Assembly (NCBI GenBank): GCA_963752595.1
Contig: CAVVYZ010000013.1
Span: 64,001-128,000, forward strand
Reading direction: 5' to 3'
Length of the DNA stretch: 64,000 bases
Origin: an uncultured delta proteobacterium
GTDB lineage: Bacteria; Desulfobacterota; Desulfomonilia; UBA1062
The position numbers and the translations under genes were made by a program. The notes under the pieces are model-generated. The model worked only from the letters and a program-made list of their open reading frames with translations, was not told where the DNA came from and ran no database searches. This document shows, piece after piece, positions 31,484-39,965 of the stretch (positions are counted from its first letter, which is position 1; every line of letters starts with the position of its first letter).

Positions 31484-33944
31484 GGGCCGTCCTCTCGATG
31501 ATCTCGTCCTGCACATCGGGCTGGAGGTCATTGAAATAGGCGCAGTACCCGGCCACGCGCACCACGATCCCCGGGTGGGAGGCAGGGTCTTTCTTCGCCG
31601 CCTTCAGCGTCTCTGCATCGAGCACGTTCACCTGAACCTGCATGCCGCCCTGGGCGAAATAGTTCCTGAAGAGGCTCATCAGGGCATTGCGTCCTGTTTC
31701 TCCCTGGACGGTCTGCTTCTCGAATTTGAGGTTCAGGGCACAGCAGTTCATCCACTTTCTGCTGTCCAGGGAGACGGCCGAACGCAGGACGGCAGTCGGC
31801 CCCAGGTGATCGGAGCCGTCTGACGGGGCAAGCCCGTTGGAGAGGCGCCGTCCGGCCAACCGCCCGTTGGGCAAAGCGCCGGTCACGCGGCCGAAGCCGA
31901 TGTGGCAGGTCATGGAGTAGAACCCCGGCACGTACTGCCCGCCGCGCGTGTTCTTATTCGCCCACAACGCATCGGCAAAGGCATCGGCGGCGAGCTGGGT
32001 CATCCTGTCGGCTTCCTTGTTCCCGTTGCCGTAACGGGGGAGCTTCGTTGCCAGCTCGACCCTTAAACCTTCCCGGCCGCGGAAGTTATCTTTCAATATA
32101 TCGACGAAATCTTCCAGGCCCATGCGCTTCTCCTCGAAGACGATCCTGTTCAGGGCATACAGCGAATCGCCCGTATCGGCGAGGCCCGCCGCCTGGATGG
32201 AGGTATAGTCGTAGAGGCCGCCTCCCCAGGTGACGTCCTTGCCCTTGTCGAGGCAGCCTTCGGTGAGGATCGAATTCACCGGCGTCGGCCGGACAGTGCG
32301 GGATGCTTCTTCCAGCCAGCTTATTACCTTCACCAGGTCGTCGATCCCGTGGCGGACCTGAGCCCGGAAGGCCTGGAGGACATCGCCAAAGGTCTTCAGC
32401 TCATACACCGGGGGCGTGGCGGCACCGAAGCGGCGCCTTCCCTCGATCCTGGCCTTGCCGTGGAAGCGCATGCCGCCGTTCAGGGCCAGCTCCAGGCAGA
32501 GCGGCAGGTTGAAGAGCGCGGCATCCGAGGAGTTGTATGTGCGTCCCTGGCTCGCCATCTCCACGCAGCCGATGACCGCGTAGTCCCGGGCGTGCTCTTT
32601 CGTCATACCCGCTTCCTCCAATGCCCTGACCACGGCCGTGTCTCCGAAGAAGGAGGGGCGGCTGGTGCCCAGCTGGAGAAGCTCCACACTTTTCCGGAAG
32701 AACCAGTCCGGGGTCTTTGGATGGATGCGAACATGAACCGCGGGTTCACGGGTCAGGACCTGGGCGTATGCATTGAGGATCAGGCCGGAAAGCTCGTTGG
32801 ACACGTCGTTGCCCTCAGCGTCGGTGCCGCCTAAGGTGAACGCCTGGGCCACGCCGTTGCCGCTGAAGAACCGGTCGACCCGCTGGGAGTAGAGCGGCAT
32901 TGTCTCGCAGGCCTTCAGGCAGAAGCTTGCCGTTATCTCCACGGCCCGCTCGAAGGTCAGCCTGGCTTCTGCGATATCGGCGCGGTAAAGGGGGAGAAGG
33001 ATCTGGTCCATCCGGCCGAAGGACAGGCCCTGTTCGAAGTCTTCCAGGTTCATGGCCACGTGGACGAGCCAGACCGCCTGCAATCCTTCCAGATAGGTCC
33101 GGGCCGGTTCAAAGGGGACACGACGGCAGGCGGCCGCCGACTCCAGGAGCTCGGCCCTTCTCTGCCCGTGAACCCCGGGCAGGGAGGCTATCCTTTCGGC
33201 TTTGACAGCCAGATTCCCGGCCATCTCCCTGATGCCGTCGATCGTGATCACCACGGACCGGTAGAACGCCCTCTGATCGTCATCCAAAGGCGATCCGTCC
33301 GCGAGCCTGCCCTGCTCCAATCTCTTATTAGCCTCTTCATAAGGTGAGCGAAGGCCTTCTTGTACGACCATCCGATAGTTTCCCACCTGATGGGCAACAC
33401 CCGCTTCCTCAGTCACGAAGTGACGCTTGGCCCGGAAGAAATCCAGGAAGTAGGAAAAACGGCCGGGCCTGATGAGCGCTTTGGCGCCCACGCTTCTGAA
33501 GGCGGTTCTCAAACCCATGAGAAGAAGCTCCGCGGTCTCGGGGCCGGATAATTGTAAGGGTATGGCCCGTTTCCCCAGACGGGCCAAATCCTCCAGGATA
33601 TTGATCGACCCGCCCTCGATGTAGTAGTTGGCGGCGATCCGCTTGGATGTCATGTTGCCGATGATGAGCTCGCCGTCATAAATGCGGGGCTTGCGGTGGG
33701 AGAACACATACTGCAGGGCAAGGGCGCGGCGGACAAGGGGGTGCTCCTCCCCGGTGCTCCGGCGCCCTTCGGCCGACCGCCGGAATTCCTCCAGGAGCTT
33801 GGGCCTCTCCAGGCAGATCGAATACGGTGTTTTCAGCAGCTCCGCCCTGATGGCCGCAATGCGTGGAGTAGGGCCGATGAAGCCTTCACGCGGGGTTTGC
33901 GCCTCCAAAGCCCCGGATATCCTTTCGTTCGCTCCGGTAGTCAT
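31470..33944 (-). CDS. Glycyl radical enzyme (PFL-like family), substrate unknown
   Basis: IGCVEM Cys loop and C-terminal VRVAGYC glycyl loop; overlaps the activase gene. Confidence 0.93.
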   Translation of the reverse strand: MTTGANERISGALEAQTPREGFIGPTPRIAAIRAELLKTPYSICLERPKLLEEFRRSAEGRRSTGEEHPLVRRALALQYVFSHRKPRIYDGELIIGNMTSKRIAANYYIEGGSINILEDLARLGKRAIPLQLSGPETAELLLMGLRTAFRSVGAKALIRPGRFSYFLDFFRAKRHFVTEEAGVAHQVGNYRMVVQEGLRSPYEEANKRLEQGRLADGSPLDDDQRAFYRSVVITIDGIREMAGNLAVKAERIASLPGVHGQRRAELLESAAACRRVPFEPARTYLEGLQAVWLVHVAMNLEDFEQGLSFGRMDQILLPLYRADIAEARLTFERAVEITASFCLKACETMPLYSQRVDRFFSGNGVAQAFTLGGTDAEGNDVSNELSGLILNAYAQVLTREPAVHVRIHPKTPDWFFRKSVELLQLGTSRPSFFGDTAVVRALEEAGMTKEHARDYAVIGCVEMASQGRTYNSSDAALFNLPLCLELALNGGMRFHGKARIEGRRRFGAATPPVYELKTFGDVLQAFRAQVRHGIDDLVKVISWLEEASRTVRPTPVNSILTEGCLDKGKDVTWGGGLYDYTSIQAAGLADTGDSLYALNRIVFEEKRMGLEDFVDILKDNFRGREGLRVELATKLPRYGNGNKEADRMTQLAADAFADALWANKNTRGGQYVPGFYSMTCHIGFGRVTGALPNGRLAGRRLSNGLAPSDGSDHLGPTAVLRSAVSLDSRKWMNCCALNLKFEKQTVQGETGRNALMSLFRNYFAQGGMQVQVNVLDAETLKAAKKDPASHPGIVVRVAGYCAYFNDLQPDVQDEIIERTAHGLG

Positions 33945-34321
33945 GGGACTGTTCCCTCCTCGCTCAATACCTAAGTATTATTATAACTTTCCTGTAGAAA
34001 AAAGTAAGACATTATTACAAAGAGATGATAAAGAAAAATTTAAATATCGTGTCATTATGTGCACTCTCATATGAAGTTATCCTTGTTATAGATATCTTTT
34101 TCAATATGGGTAAAAGGGAAGAAATCTGTACATAGACAGGAAGGTAGGCTTTTTAAAACATTTGCCATTTCTATAACACTGGAGTATCATTACAATTTCA
34201 TACCAAGTGCGAGCCGTTTCATGCAGATCCTCCCCGTTGACGGTGACGACATTTGCATTTTGATAGAGAGAAACGCTTCTTCACAAGAGGCATACAAAAT
34301 ATAATCAGGGGGTGGCATATC

Positions 34322-35005
34322 ATGACATGGAAGTTCAAGGAGAGTTTTCTCATTCTGGTCCTGGTGGTCGTGATGCTCGCGGCAGGAGGGTGCGGTGGAG
34401 GAGGCGGGGGAAGCGATTCCGGCGGTCCTGTCAAGCCTGAAAATATTGAAGGTGATGCTATCTTAGATATTCGGATTGTCGACGGTGGCAGTAATAAAAC
34501 ACCACCAGCTCCGCCAGCGGGATACGCGTTGCTGGATATCGACCTGAATGGTGGTAACACCGGCGGGAATTATATCTGGCTTTATTATAAGGTCGGGAAG
34601 GCTGACGGGTCGGAAGGAGATCCGATAAGCAAGATCTACACAGTGGATGAGTTTGACGGCGAGAAGGATACCCAGGGAGGTACGCAGCTGCCGGTCAACC
34701 TGAACAATGGCGATATTGTGAAAAGCCACGAACCACTATGGCTCTATTACATTAAATCGGACTGGCCCGTAGTCCGATGCATCGCTGTCTACCAAAGAAA
34801 CGGAACGTCGAAGGTCGTTAAATACGGCCCGCCTGAGGCAGCCGGCCAATATGATATCGTGTGGGTGGAGGAGTTGTTGCCTGATGATTTGAAGTCTCCG
34901 TATGATGACATTCCTCCCGATGCCCAGGATCTGAACGAAGGACAGTCCAATCCTTTTATATTATTAATGAGCGATTACATATACATCGGGTACGGCATAG
35001 ACTAA
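34322..35005 (+). CDS. Lipoprotein with MABP-like beta-prism repeats
   Basis: AAGGC lipobox; three (D/N)LNxG...(Y/L)(I/W)x(L/I)xY repeats. Confidence 0.65.
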   Translation: MTWKFKESFLILVLVVVMLAAGGCGGGGGGSDSGGPVKPENIEGDAILDIRIVDGGSNKTPPAPPAGYALLDIDLNGGNTGGNYIWLYYKVGKADGSEGDPISKIYTVDEFDGEKDTQGGTQLPVNLNNGDIVKSHEPLWLYYIKSDWPVVRCIAVYQRNGTSKVVKYGPPEAAGQYDIVWVEELLPDDLKSPYDDIPPDAQDLNEGQSNPFILLMSDYIYIGYGID

Positions 35006-35098
35006 ACGGGTCTCAACACTGCTTTGCATATAACTTTCGTGCCGCGGCGGGGCTAAAGATCTGGCCTATGGTTTATCCAGCTGTTTCTTACAATGGTC

Positions 35099-35138
35099 AA
35101 AAAGGGCAACCCCCGCCTTATGGCGAGGGTTGCCTTTT
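35099..35138. terminator. Bidirectional intrinsic terminator
   Basis: A-tract, GGCAACCC..CGCC-TTAT-GGCG..GGGTTGCC stem, T-tract between convergent genes. Confidence 0.75.
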
Positions 35139-35148
35139 CATTGATGAA

Positions 35149-35520
35149 CTATTGAAAGAAACCCCAATCCGTTATGAATTCCCGGTCATAGGCATCTGTA
35201 ACACTGAAAATCAACTCTGCATTTTCACTCGGAGCCGGTTTGCCTGTGGTATCAATAGTAAATGAGGTAGATCCGGTTTCGTAAGAACCAAAAAATACTT
35301 GAGAGCCAGATGCGGAATTATACCCGAATACAATCCAACCGGGTCTCGTGCCGGCAGGGGCAGAAACGTTCAGGCTTATAATTCCACCCAAATTGAGGTC
35401 TGACAACTCATGAGACGGGGGAGTGAGCGTGGCAAACATGTCCGAGTTGAGACTCTCCCAGGGCATCGGCCCTTTCTTGAGAGTGATCTTGTATGATTTC
35501 AATATAGTGGCTGTTGAAAT
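35149..35520 (-). pseudogene. 3' remnant of an unidentified beta-rich protein gene
   Basis: Protein-like C-terminal ~120 aa ending at the terminator; no credible start because the ORF 5' end overlaps the next gene. Confidence 0.4.
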
Positions 35521-35581
35521 ATCTTTTCGCAGTACGAGCTCAGATGCCGTGTTCATGCAGAGGTTGAGCCCGGATCTTCCG

Positions 35582-35941
35582 CTATGCACCCTCTCTGCGG
35601 TCTTTCGGAATAAGCGGCAGCTTCGCGGCATGCCTGGCATGCGCACGGCCGAAATGCCATGCAAGCAACAGGGATATCGAGAGCGCTCCCAGCCCCACGA
35701 TCAGGGCATCAAAGGAAAATGCAAAGGCAAAGGGGCCGAAGCCTGCCGGCAGCACATATCCAATGACAATGTTCACGAACCCCCAGAGAACGTTCACCAT
35801 GGGAGAAGAGAGTCCTACAGTGGGAGGAGAGGCAAAAGGCGATTGAAAGGGTTGCCCGGAGATTCCGTGGACGAGGTGGGGGATGCTGTTTGCCAGGAAA
35901 ATGCCGGCAAAGAAATGAGCGAGATAGACGTACCACTCCAT
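35582..35941 (-). CDS. Small membrane protein (about 3 TM)
   Basis: GGAGG RBS; FLANSIPHLVHGISG.PFQSPF...SSPMVNVLWG. Confidence 0.75.
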   Translation of the reverse strand: MEWYVYLAHFFAGIFLANSIPHLVHGISGQPFQSPFASPPTVGLSSPMVNVLWGFVNIVIGYVLPAGFGPFAFAFSFDALIVGLGALSISLLLAWHFGRAHARHAAKLPLIPKDRREGA

Positions 35942-36100
35942 CCTGATACCTCCCTTTCGCAAAGAAATGAGAGATGCCTCAAGATTACATGAGTGGTCGC
36001 TTGTGAGAGAATTACAAGGGGAAGCTTCCCGGCATATTGCTTACAATTATGTTTATACTGCCGCCGGTTTTGTATAACGGCTGAGCCGGCTGCTTGGTGC

Positions 36101-36631
36101 TCAAGCGCTTATGCCGGATATCCCGAAAAACGGTTCCGCACCGGAAGCAGTGATGGTCAAAAAGAACGGTGCTTTGTTGCGGGCAACTTCGGCTTCGACA
36201 AGTGCACGTTGCGCGGCCGGGTTATTCTTCAATCGTTCGTATTCAGCGGCATACAGACTGAAGTGTTCTGCAGCCCGCAGCAGGCTCGATTCCGCCGAGA
36301 TCTTCGCATAGCGTTGCTGCAATTCGGGAGTATCCTTGAATAGTTGTTCGATCCTGTCTTTATCAGGGTGGTCGTTGGCTACCCGCACATATCCCTGGGA
36401 ATCGTTAGTGAGGACAGGATCGGGCGGCACGCGGATGCCGGCATCATGAAATTTTTTCCTGACCTCTGCGGCAAAATCTGCCGTATCCTGGGCCAGTGAT
36501 TCGCGAGTGGGTATATCCAGCGGCGTAAGTTTTAAGCCCGCTTGTGCTGCTTGTGCATGAGACGAAGTGGCTGAGCGGGCGAATGTAATGGGCTTGTAAG
36601 CTGCCGGTGCCGTAATAGCAGTGACGTTCAT
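36101..36631 (-). CDS. Hypothetical protein
   Basis: GGAGG RBS; 176-aa ORF with G.VRV.NDHPDK..IE.LF segment. Confidence 0.65.
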   Translation of the reverse strand: MNVTAITAPAAYKPITFARSATSSHAQAAQAGLKLTPLDIPTRESLAQDTADFAAEVRKKFHDAGIRVPPDPVLTNDSQGYVRVANDHPDKDRIEQLFKDTPELQQRYAKISAESSLLRAAEHFSLYAAEYERLKNNPAAQRALVEAEVARNKAPFFLTITASGAEPFFGISGISA

Positions 36632-36723
36632 ACTTGGACCTCCTTCACTATATACCAATTATAAGCAAACACCATGCCCGCAATCCGGTTTCCGGATTTG
36701 CCCGAACGTATCAGTGGAAAAGC

Positions 36724-37290
36724 TCACCGGAATGGCTCTGCCGCGTCTGTAAGCCATCCGCTGGAGCTGGAGAGGGTTTTTAGAAAAAAATCTGTCCGCT
36801 TTTTCCTAAGAAAGCTATTTCGAAATTCCTTTGGCCACGATGCGCTGCAGATCAGCGTTTTCCCATGCGCGAATATTCTTCTCAATCCATGCCCTGCCGA
36901 TACCATTGGCAAACTGCGCCAGTGTTGCGGGATTGCCTTCTTCCTTATTCAGGATCATATAAGCGGCCTGCTCCCGATTACTCTGATCGATGGAGGTGTC
37001 ATCCGGCTTTTGGCAATCAAACACCACTGACTTCAACAGCTGGAGTTTATCATCAGGTGAAGCATTTTCCGCCTGTACCGGCTGGCCCATAACGAACTTT
37101 ACCACCTCTTTGGAATTATTTGTCTGGATCGCTTGTTTGACCGAGGTAATGGCCAATTGGGGTTGCACCCTGGTCCCAGCGGGCAGCTGCCCCGCCGGTA
37201 AGACCTTAGCCGCTTTGAATCAATCCGGAATAGAAAAGGCGCATGCACCGGAAAACATTAAAAACCTTTTAAAAACTTCCTGCGAATCAT
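36724..37290 (-). pseudogene. Degraded gene for a Tat-signal protein
   Basis: AAGGAG RBS then MIRRKFLKG, immediately broken by frameshift and stop; residual ORF 36815..37168. Confidence 0.4.
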
Positions 37291-37346
37291 CTTATTTCTC
37301 CTTTCTTCAAGGTTTATCAACAAAATGATAAAGTGACGATTATTGT

Positions 37347-38282
37347 TCAGACGGTCAACACCTTACATACGGCATCGATCTCCGTCTTGTACGTTCCGAC
37401 CAGCTTCTTTGCCTCGCTCTTGAGGTTTTCGATGTTCCCGTTCGTCGCGTTGTCCATGTCATCGGAAGCAACGGTTAGGCTTGTTTGAAGCCGGACGTAT
37501 TGTTTGCCGAGAAACAGGTTCATCTGGTAGTTTGATGCGTCTGCCAGGCCGTCAAACATGCAGCTCAAAAGGGGAGCAACCCAGCCTGCTTTGCCCCAGT
37601 CTTTGGCTTCCGCATAAGCAATCGGCCGGATCAATTCACCTGTCCCGAGCGATAAAACAAAGAAGTCGTTTTCGTCGGGAAAGATCCTTTTTGCTTCAGC
37701 GTATGCAGAAACAGACGGAGAGTTGATAAAAACGCCTCCGTCGACCAATGCCCTCGTCGCTCCGCCGACAGGGACGAGAGCCGGTTCAAAATACGTAGGG
37801 GCAGCAGACGTTGCCCGTGCTGCGTGCTTCATCTGCACCGAGCGGTACTCTTCCCGCCAGCTCTTGAAAAACAGCGGCTCGCGATTCTGGATATCGTAGC
37901 TGGTGATCAATGTTCTTGTTAAGCACGATCCCAGCGGCTCATCCCCGAAGTACTCATCCAGGACCTTCTCAATTCCGCTGTGGGAGTACGTCTCATCCGC
38001 CAGACCTGCTACCGACGACACGCCTTTCCACAGGGAACGCGAGAAGATCTCCTTCCCTCGCGACTGATAAATGTCGGCCAGATCCTTTGCAGAATACTGC
38101 GCCTTGCCCTTGCCGTTATCTTTGGAAAAGCCCAGCGCGAGTATCCCGCCGGTGGAAGTGCCGGCTATCAGGTCGAAGCTTTCCGCTGTCGGTCTCCCGG
38201 TCTTTTCTTCTATTTTCGAAAGAACAAGGGCAGGGATAAGACCACGGATACCACCTCCGTCAATACTAAGGATTTTCTTCAT
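37347..38282 (-). CDS. Patatin-like phospholipase (distal, decayed gene cassette)
   Basis: DGGGIRG, GTSTG, SAAPTYF, DGG motifs. Confidence 0.93.
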   Translation of the reverse strand: MKKILSIDGGGIRGLIPALVLSKIEEKTGRPTAESFDLIAGTSTGGILALGFSKDNGKGKAQYSAKDLADIYQSRGKEIFSRSLWKGVSSVAGLADETYSHSGIEKVLDEYFGDEPLGSCLTRTLITSYDIQNREPLFFKSWREEYRSVQMKHAARATSAAPTYFEPALVPVGGATRALVDGGVFINSPSVSAYAEAKRIFPDENDFFVLSLGTGELIRPIAYAEAKDWGKAGWVAPLLSCMFDGLADASNYQMNLFLGKQYVRLQTSLTVASDDMDNATNGNIENLKSEAKKLVGTYKTEIDAVCKVLTV

Positions 38283-38304
38283 CTTACCTCCTGCGATTAA
38301 ATTT

Positions 38305-38330
38305 CAATAACGCGCATCAGCGGTCGTGAC
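38305..38330 (-). repeat. attC remnant (L'/R' half only; R' GTTATTG)
   Basis: + strand CAATAACGCGCATCAGCGG resembles the same arm of the intact sites; partner arm not recognisable. Confidence 0.5.
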
Positions 38331-38436
38331 CGTGACGCAGACCGTCTTATTACAATTGTCCGGTCAGCCGTTTTAATCGTGGGCCGACCTCTATGGCATG
38401 AAACGCCATGTATGTTCCTTTAGCTTTATTCTAAGG

Positions 38437-38493
38437 GGTCAATGTGCAGATCAGTTGCGGCTGAAAGCCGTCCGGTGGATTAACGGGTTGGGT
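38437..38493 (-). repeat. attC site, degenerate (R'' ACCCAAC; R' mutated to ATTGACC)
   Basis: 57 bp sharing the GCGGCTGAAAGCCGTCCG core with attC 42454..42510. Confidence 0.75.
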
Positions 38494-38502
38494 TTTTTGC
38501 CG

Positions 38503-38823
38503 CTACTGTACTTCTGGACGATCTGTGCCGCATTGCCAACAAGTCGTGAATTGAGGGCCGAGTAATTCACGGCATTTTGGGCATTTCCACGAATGGCCTT
38601 TGATACCAGGTGAGCCTTCATCGTTAATGTATCTGGATGTTATTGATGCAGCTATCTCGAATTGGCTATCATCTAAAATCCATACCGAAGGATGACCGTC
38701 TGTTGTAGCTTGCCCTTTTAATAGAGATTCATTGCGAATTAAAGACAAGATACCTTCAGCCTCAAGAAGAGTTTTTACAAAGTATGCATCGCTTAATCTG
38801 TAAGCTGTAAAGACTTGCTTCAT
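38503..38823 (-). CDS. DUF2007-like protein with C-terminal Cys4 zinc ribbon (cassette)
   Basis: VKTLLEAEGI...RNE; WKCPKC...FTTCWQCG. Confidence 0.8.
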   Translation of the reverse strand: MKQVFTAYRLSDAYFVKTLLEAEGILSLIRNESLLKGQATTDGHPSVWILDDSQFEIAASITSRYINDEGSPGIKGHSWKCPKCRELLGPQFTTCWQCGTDRPEVQ

Positions 38824-39007
38824 TCACATCTCCTGGAAATCCAGAGTCAGTCATGACCTTCGGTTGAAAGCCATAATACACCCCCAAGAAAAGTTTTGGA
38901 ATTGGAGATGGACACGAATAGATTACAGAGTCTTATATTGCTAAAGAAGGGAACTGAGTTTCCATGTGAACTTCCCCAATTACCCCCCCTATGAAACTAT
39001 GCAAATG

Positions 39008-39057
39008 TGTTACCCATGTACCCAGAATATTCTGTTACCTATGTCCCCGTTCGCTCA
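39008..39057. mobile_element. IS481-family-like terminal repeat remnant
   Basis: Tandem TGTTACCCATGT...TGTTACCTATGTCCCC boxes ending in CA; no transposase nearby. Confidence 0.6.
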
Positions 39058-39062
39058 ATGTG

Positions 39063-39383
39063 TTAATTATTGAAAACATCATAGATGGATTGCTTGAATT
39101 GCCCTTTCTCAACAAACTTATCAACAACTATGCGATAGAGATCCCAATTCCACTCGTTGATGCTAAATGGTTTTTTCCCATAACGCATGAAAAACAAAAA
39201 TTCCTTTAGTTCCTCTGCATAACTTGTGCTTCCCATCTGACGATTCCTCACCGCTCCTTTTATGCGGTAAGAAATACGTTCAACGGAATTCGCTTCTTCT
39301 TCTGCAACTTGGATAATCTCATGGTAATCTTTGTCTTTGATACGATCGATGAAATCAGAGAAACTGGATCTTCTGTTTGTCAT
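39063..39383 (-). CDS. Hypothetical protein (cassette)
   Basis: GAGGAG RBS; 106 aa; stop lies inside an R''-like AATTAAC. Confidence 0.75.
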   Translation of the reverse strand: MTNRRSSFSDFIDRIKDKDYHEIIQVAEEEANSVERISYRIKGAVRNRQMGSTSYAEELKEFLFFMRYGKKPFSINEWNWDLYRIVVDKFVEKGQFKQSIYDVFNN

Positions 39384-39407
39384 AGCTCCTCTCTTTCAAA
39401 GGCAATG

Positions 39408-39464
39408 GTATAACGCCACGCGTCACCGGCGGCTTAAGCCGTCCGGTGGATGCGATGGTTAGGC
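39408..39464 (-). repeat. attC site (R'' GCCTAAC; R' GTTATAC)
   Basis: 57-bp imperfect palindrome; TAA of the upstream ORF lies within R''. Confidence 0.88.
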
Positions 39465-39852
39465 TGCTCTATCCAAAAGCCTCAATGCATCTTTTTTTAC
39501 AGACAGCAAAGAGATCCCAGCTTTCTGGATCTGCTCAGCATTCCATGTATCCGGATCACGCCAAAATCTACTTTTATCATGCAATCTAAAGGCAAGTTTA
39601 CGATCAATTCTCATTACCAGGAATGAAGTATTAGACCATAATTCAGCCAATTCATTTTCTATTCTTCTATCTCGGTCTGCACCCTCAGCCCTTAGTCTAC
39701 AATATGTCTCCAGTTTTCTCCGCTGCTTCGACAACGACACGTAAAGTTTCAGCAGTCTTGCTGTTACGGGTAACTTTTTTTGCTTCAATATATGCCAAGA
39801 AAGCAGTAACAGCAGAAACTAATGATATCCAATTTGATATTTCATCACTCAT
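39459..39852 (-). CDS. Hypothetical protein with N-terminal hydrophobic helix (cassette; frameshift near 39710)
   Basis: GAGGA RBS and ATG 39852 give MSDEISNWISLVSAVTAFLAY...AEKT; removing one G joins it to ETYCRLR...LLDRAA*. Confidence 0.65.
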
Positions 39853-39907
39853 AGATCCTCCAAGCACTCATTTGATTAAGAATTGAGATTTCAAATTATA
39901 TGTTAAA

Positions 39908-39961
39908 GCCTAACGTGCGGATCAGCGGTGGCTGTAAGCCGTCCGCTGGATTTGGTTGGGC
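39908..39961 (-). repeat. attC site (R'' GCCCAAC; R' GTTAGGC)
   Basis: 54 bp; near-identical to attC 42454..42510 with a 3-nt deletion. Confidence 0.88.
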
Positions 39962-39965
39962 TGTA

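Noticed and set aside
31470-33944. Calling the GRE pflB, cutC or bssA
   Set aside because: No CC motif of PFL, no microcompartment genes, and no small subunits of fumarate-adding enzymes.
37218-37226. In-frame TGA in the Tat-signal remnant as a second selenocysteine
   Set aside because: No redox motif or SECIS-like hairpin, and the gene has other disruptions.
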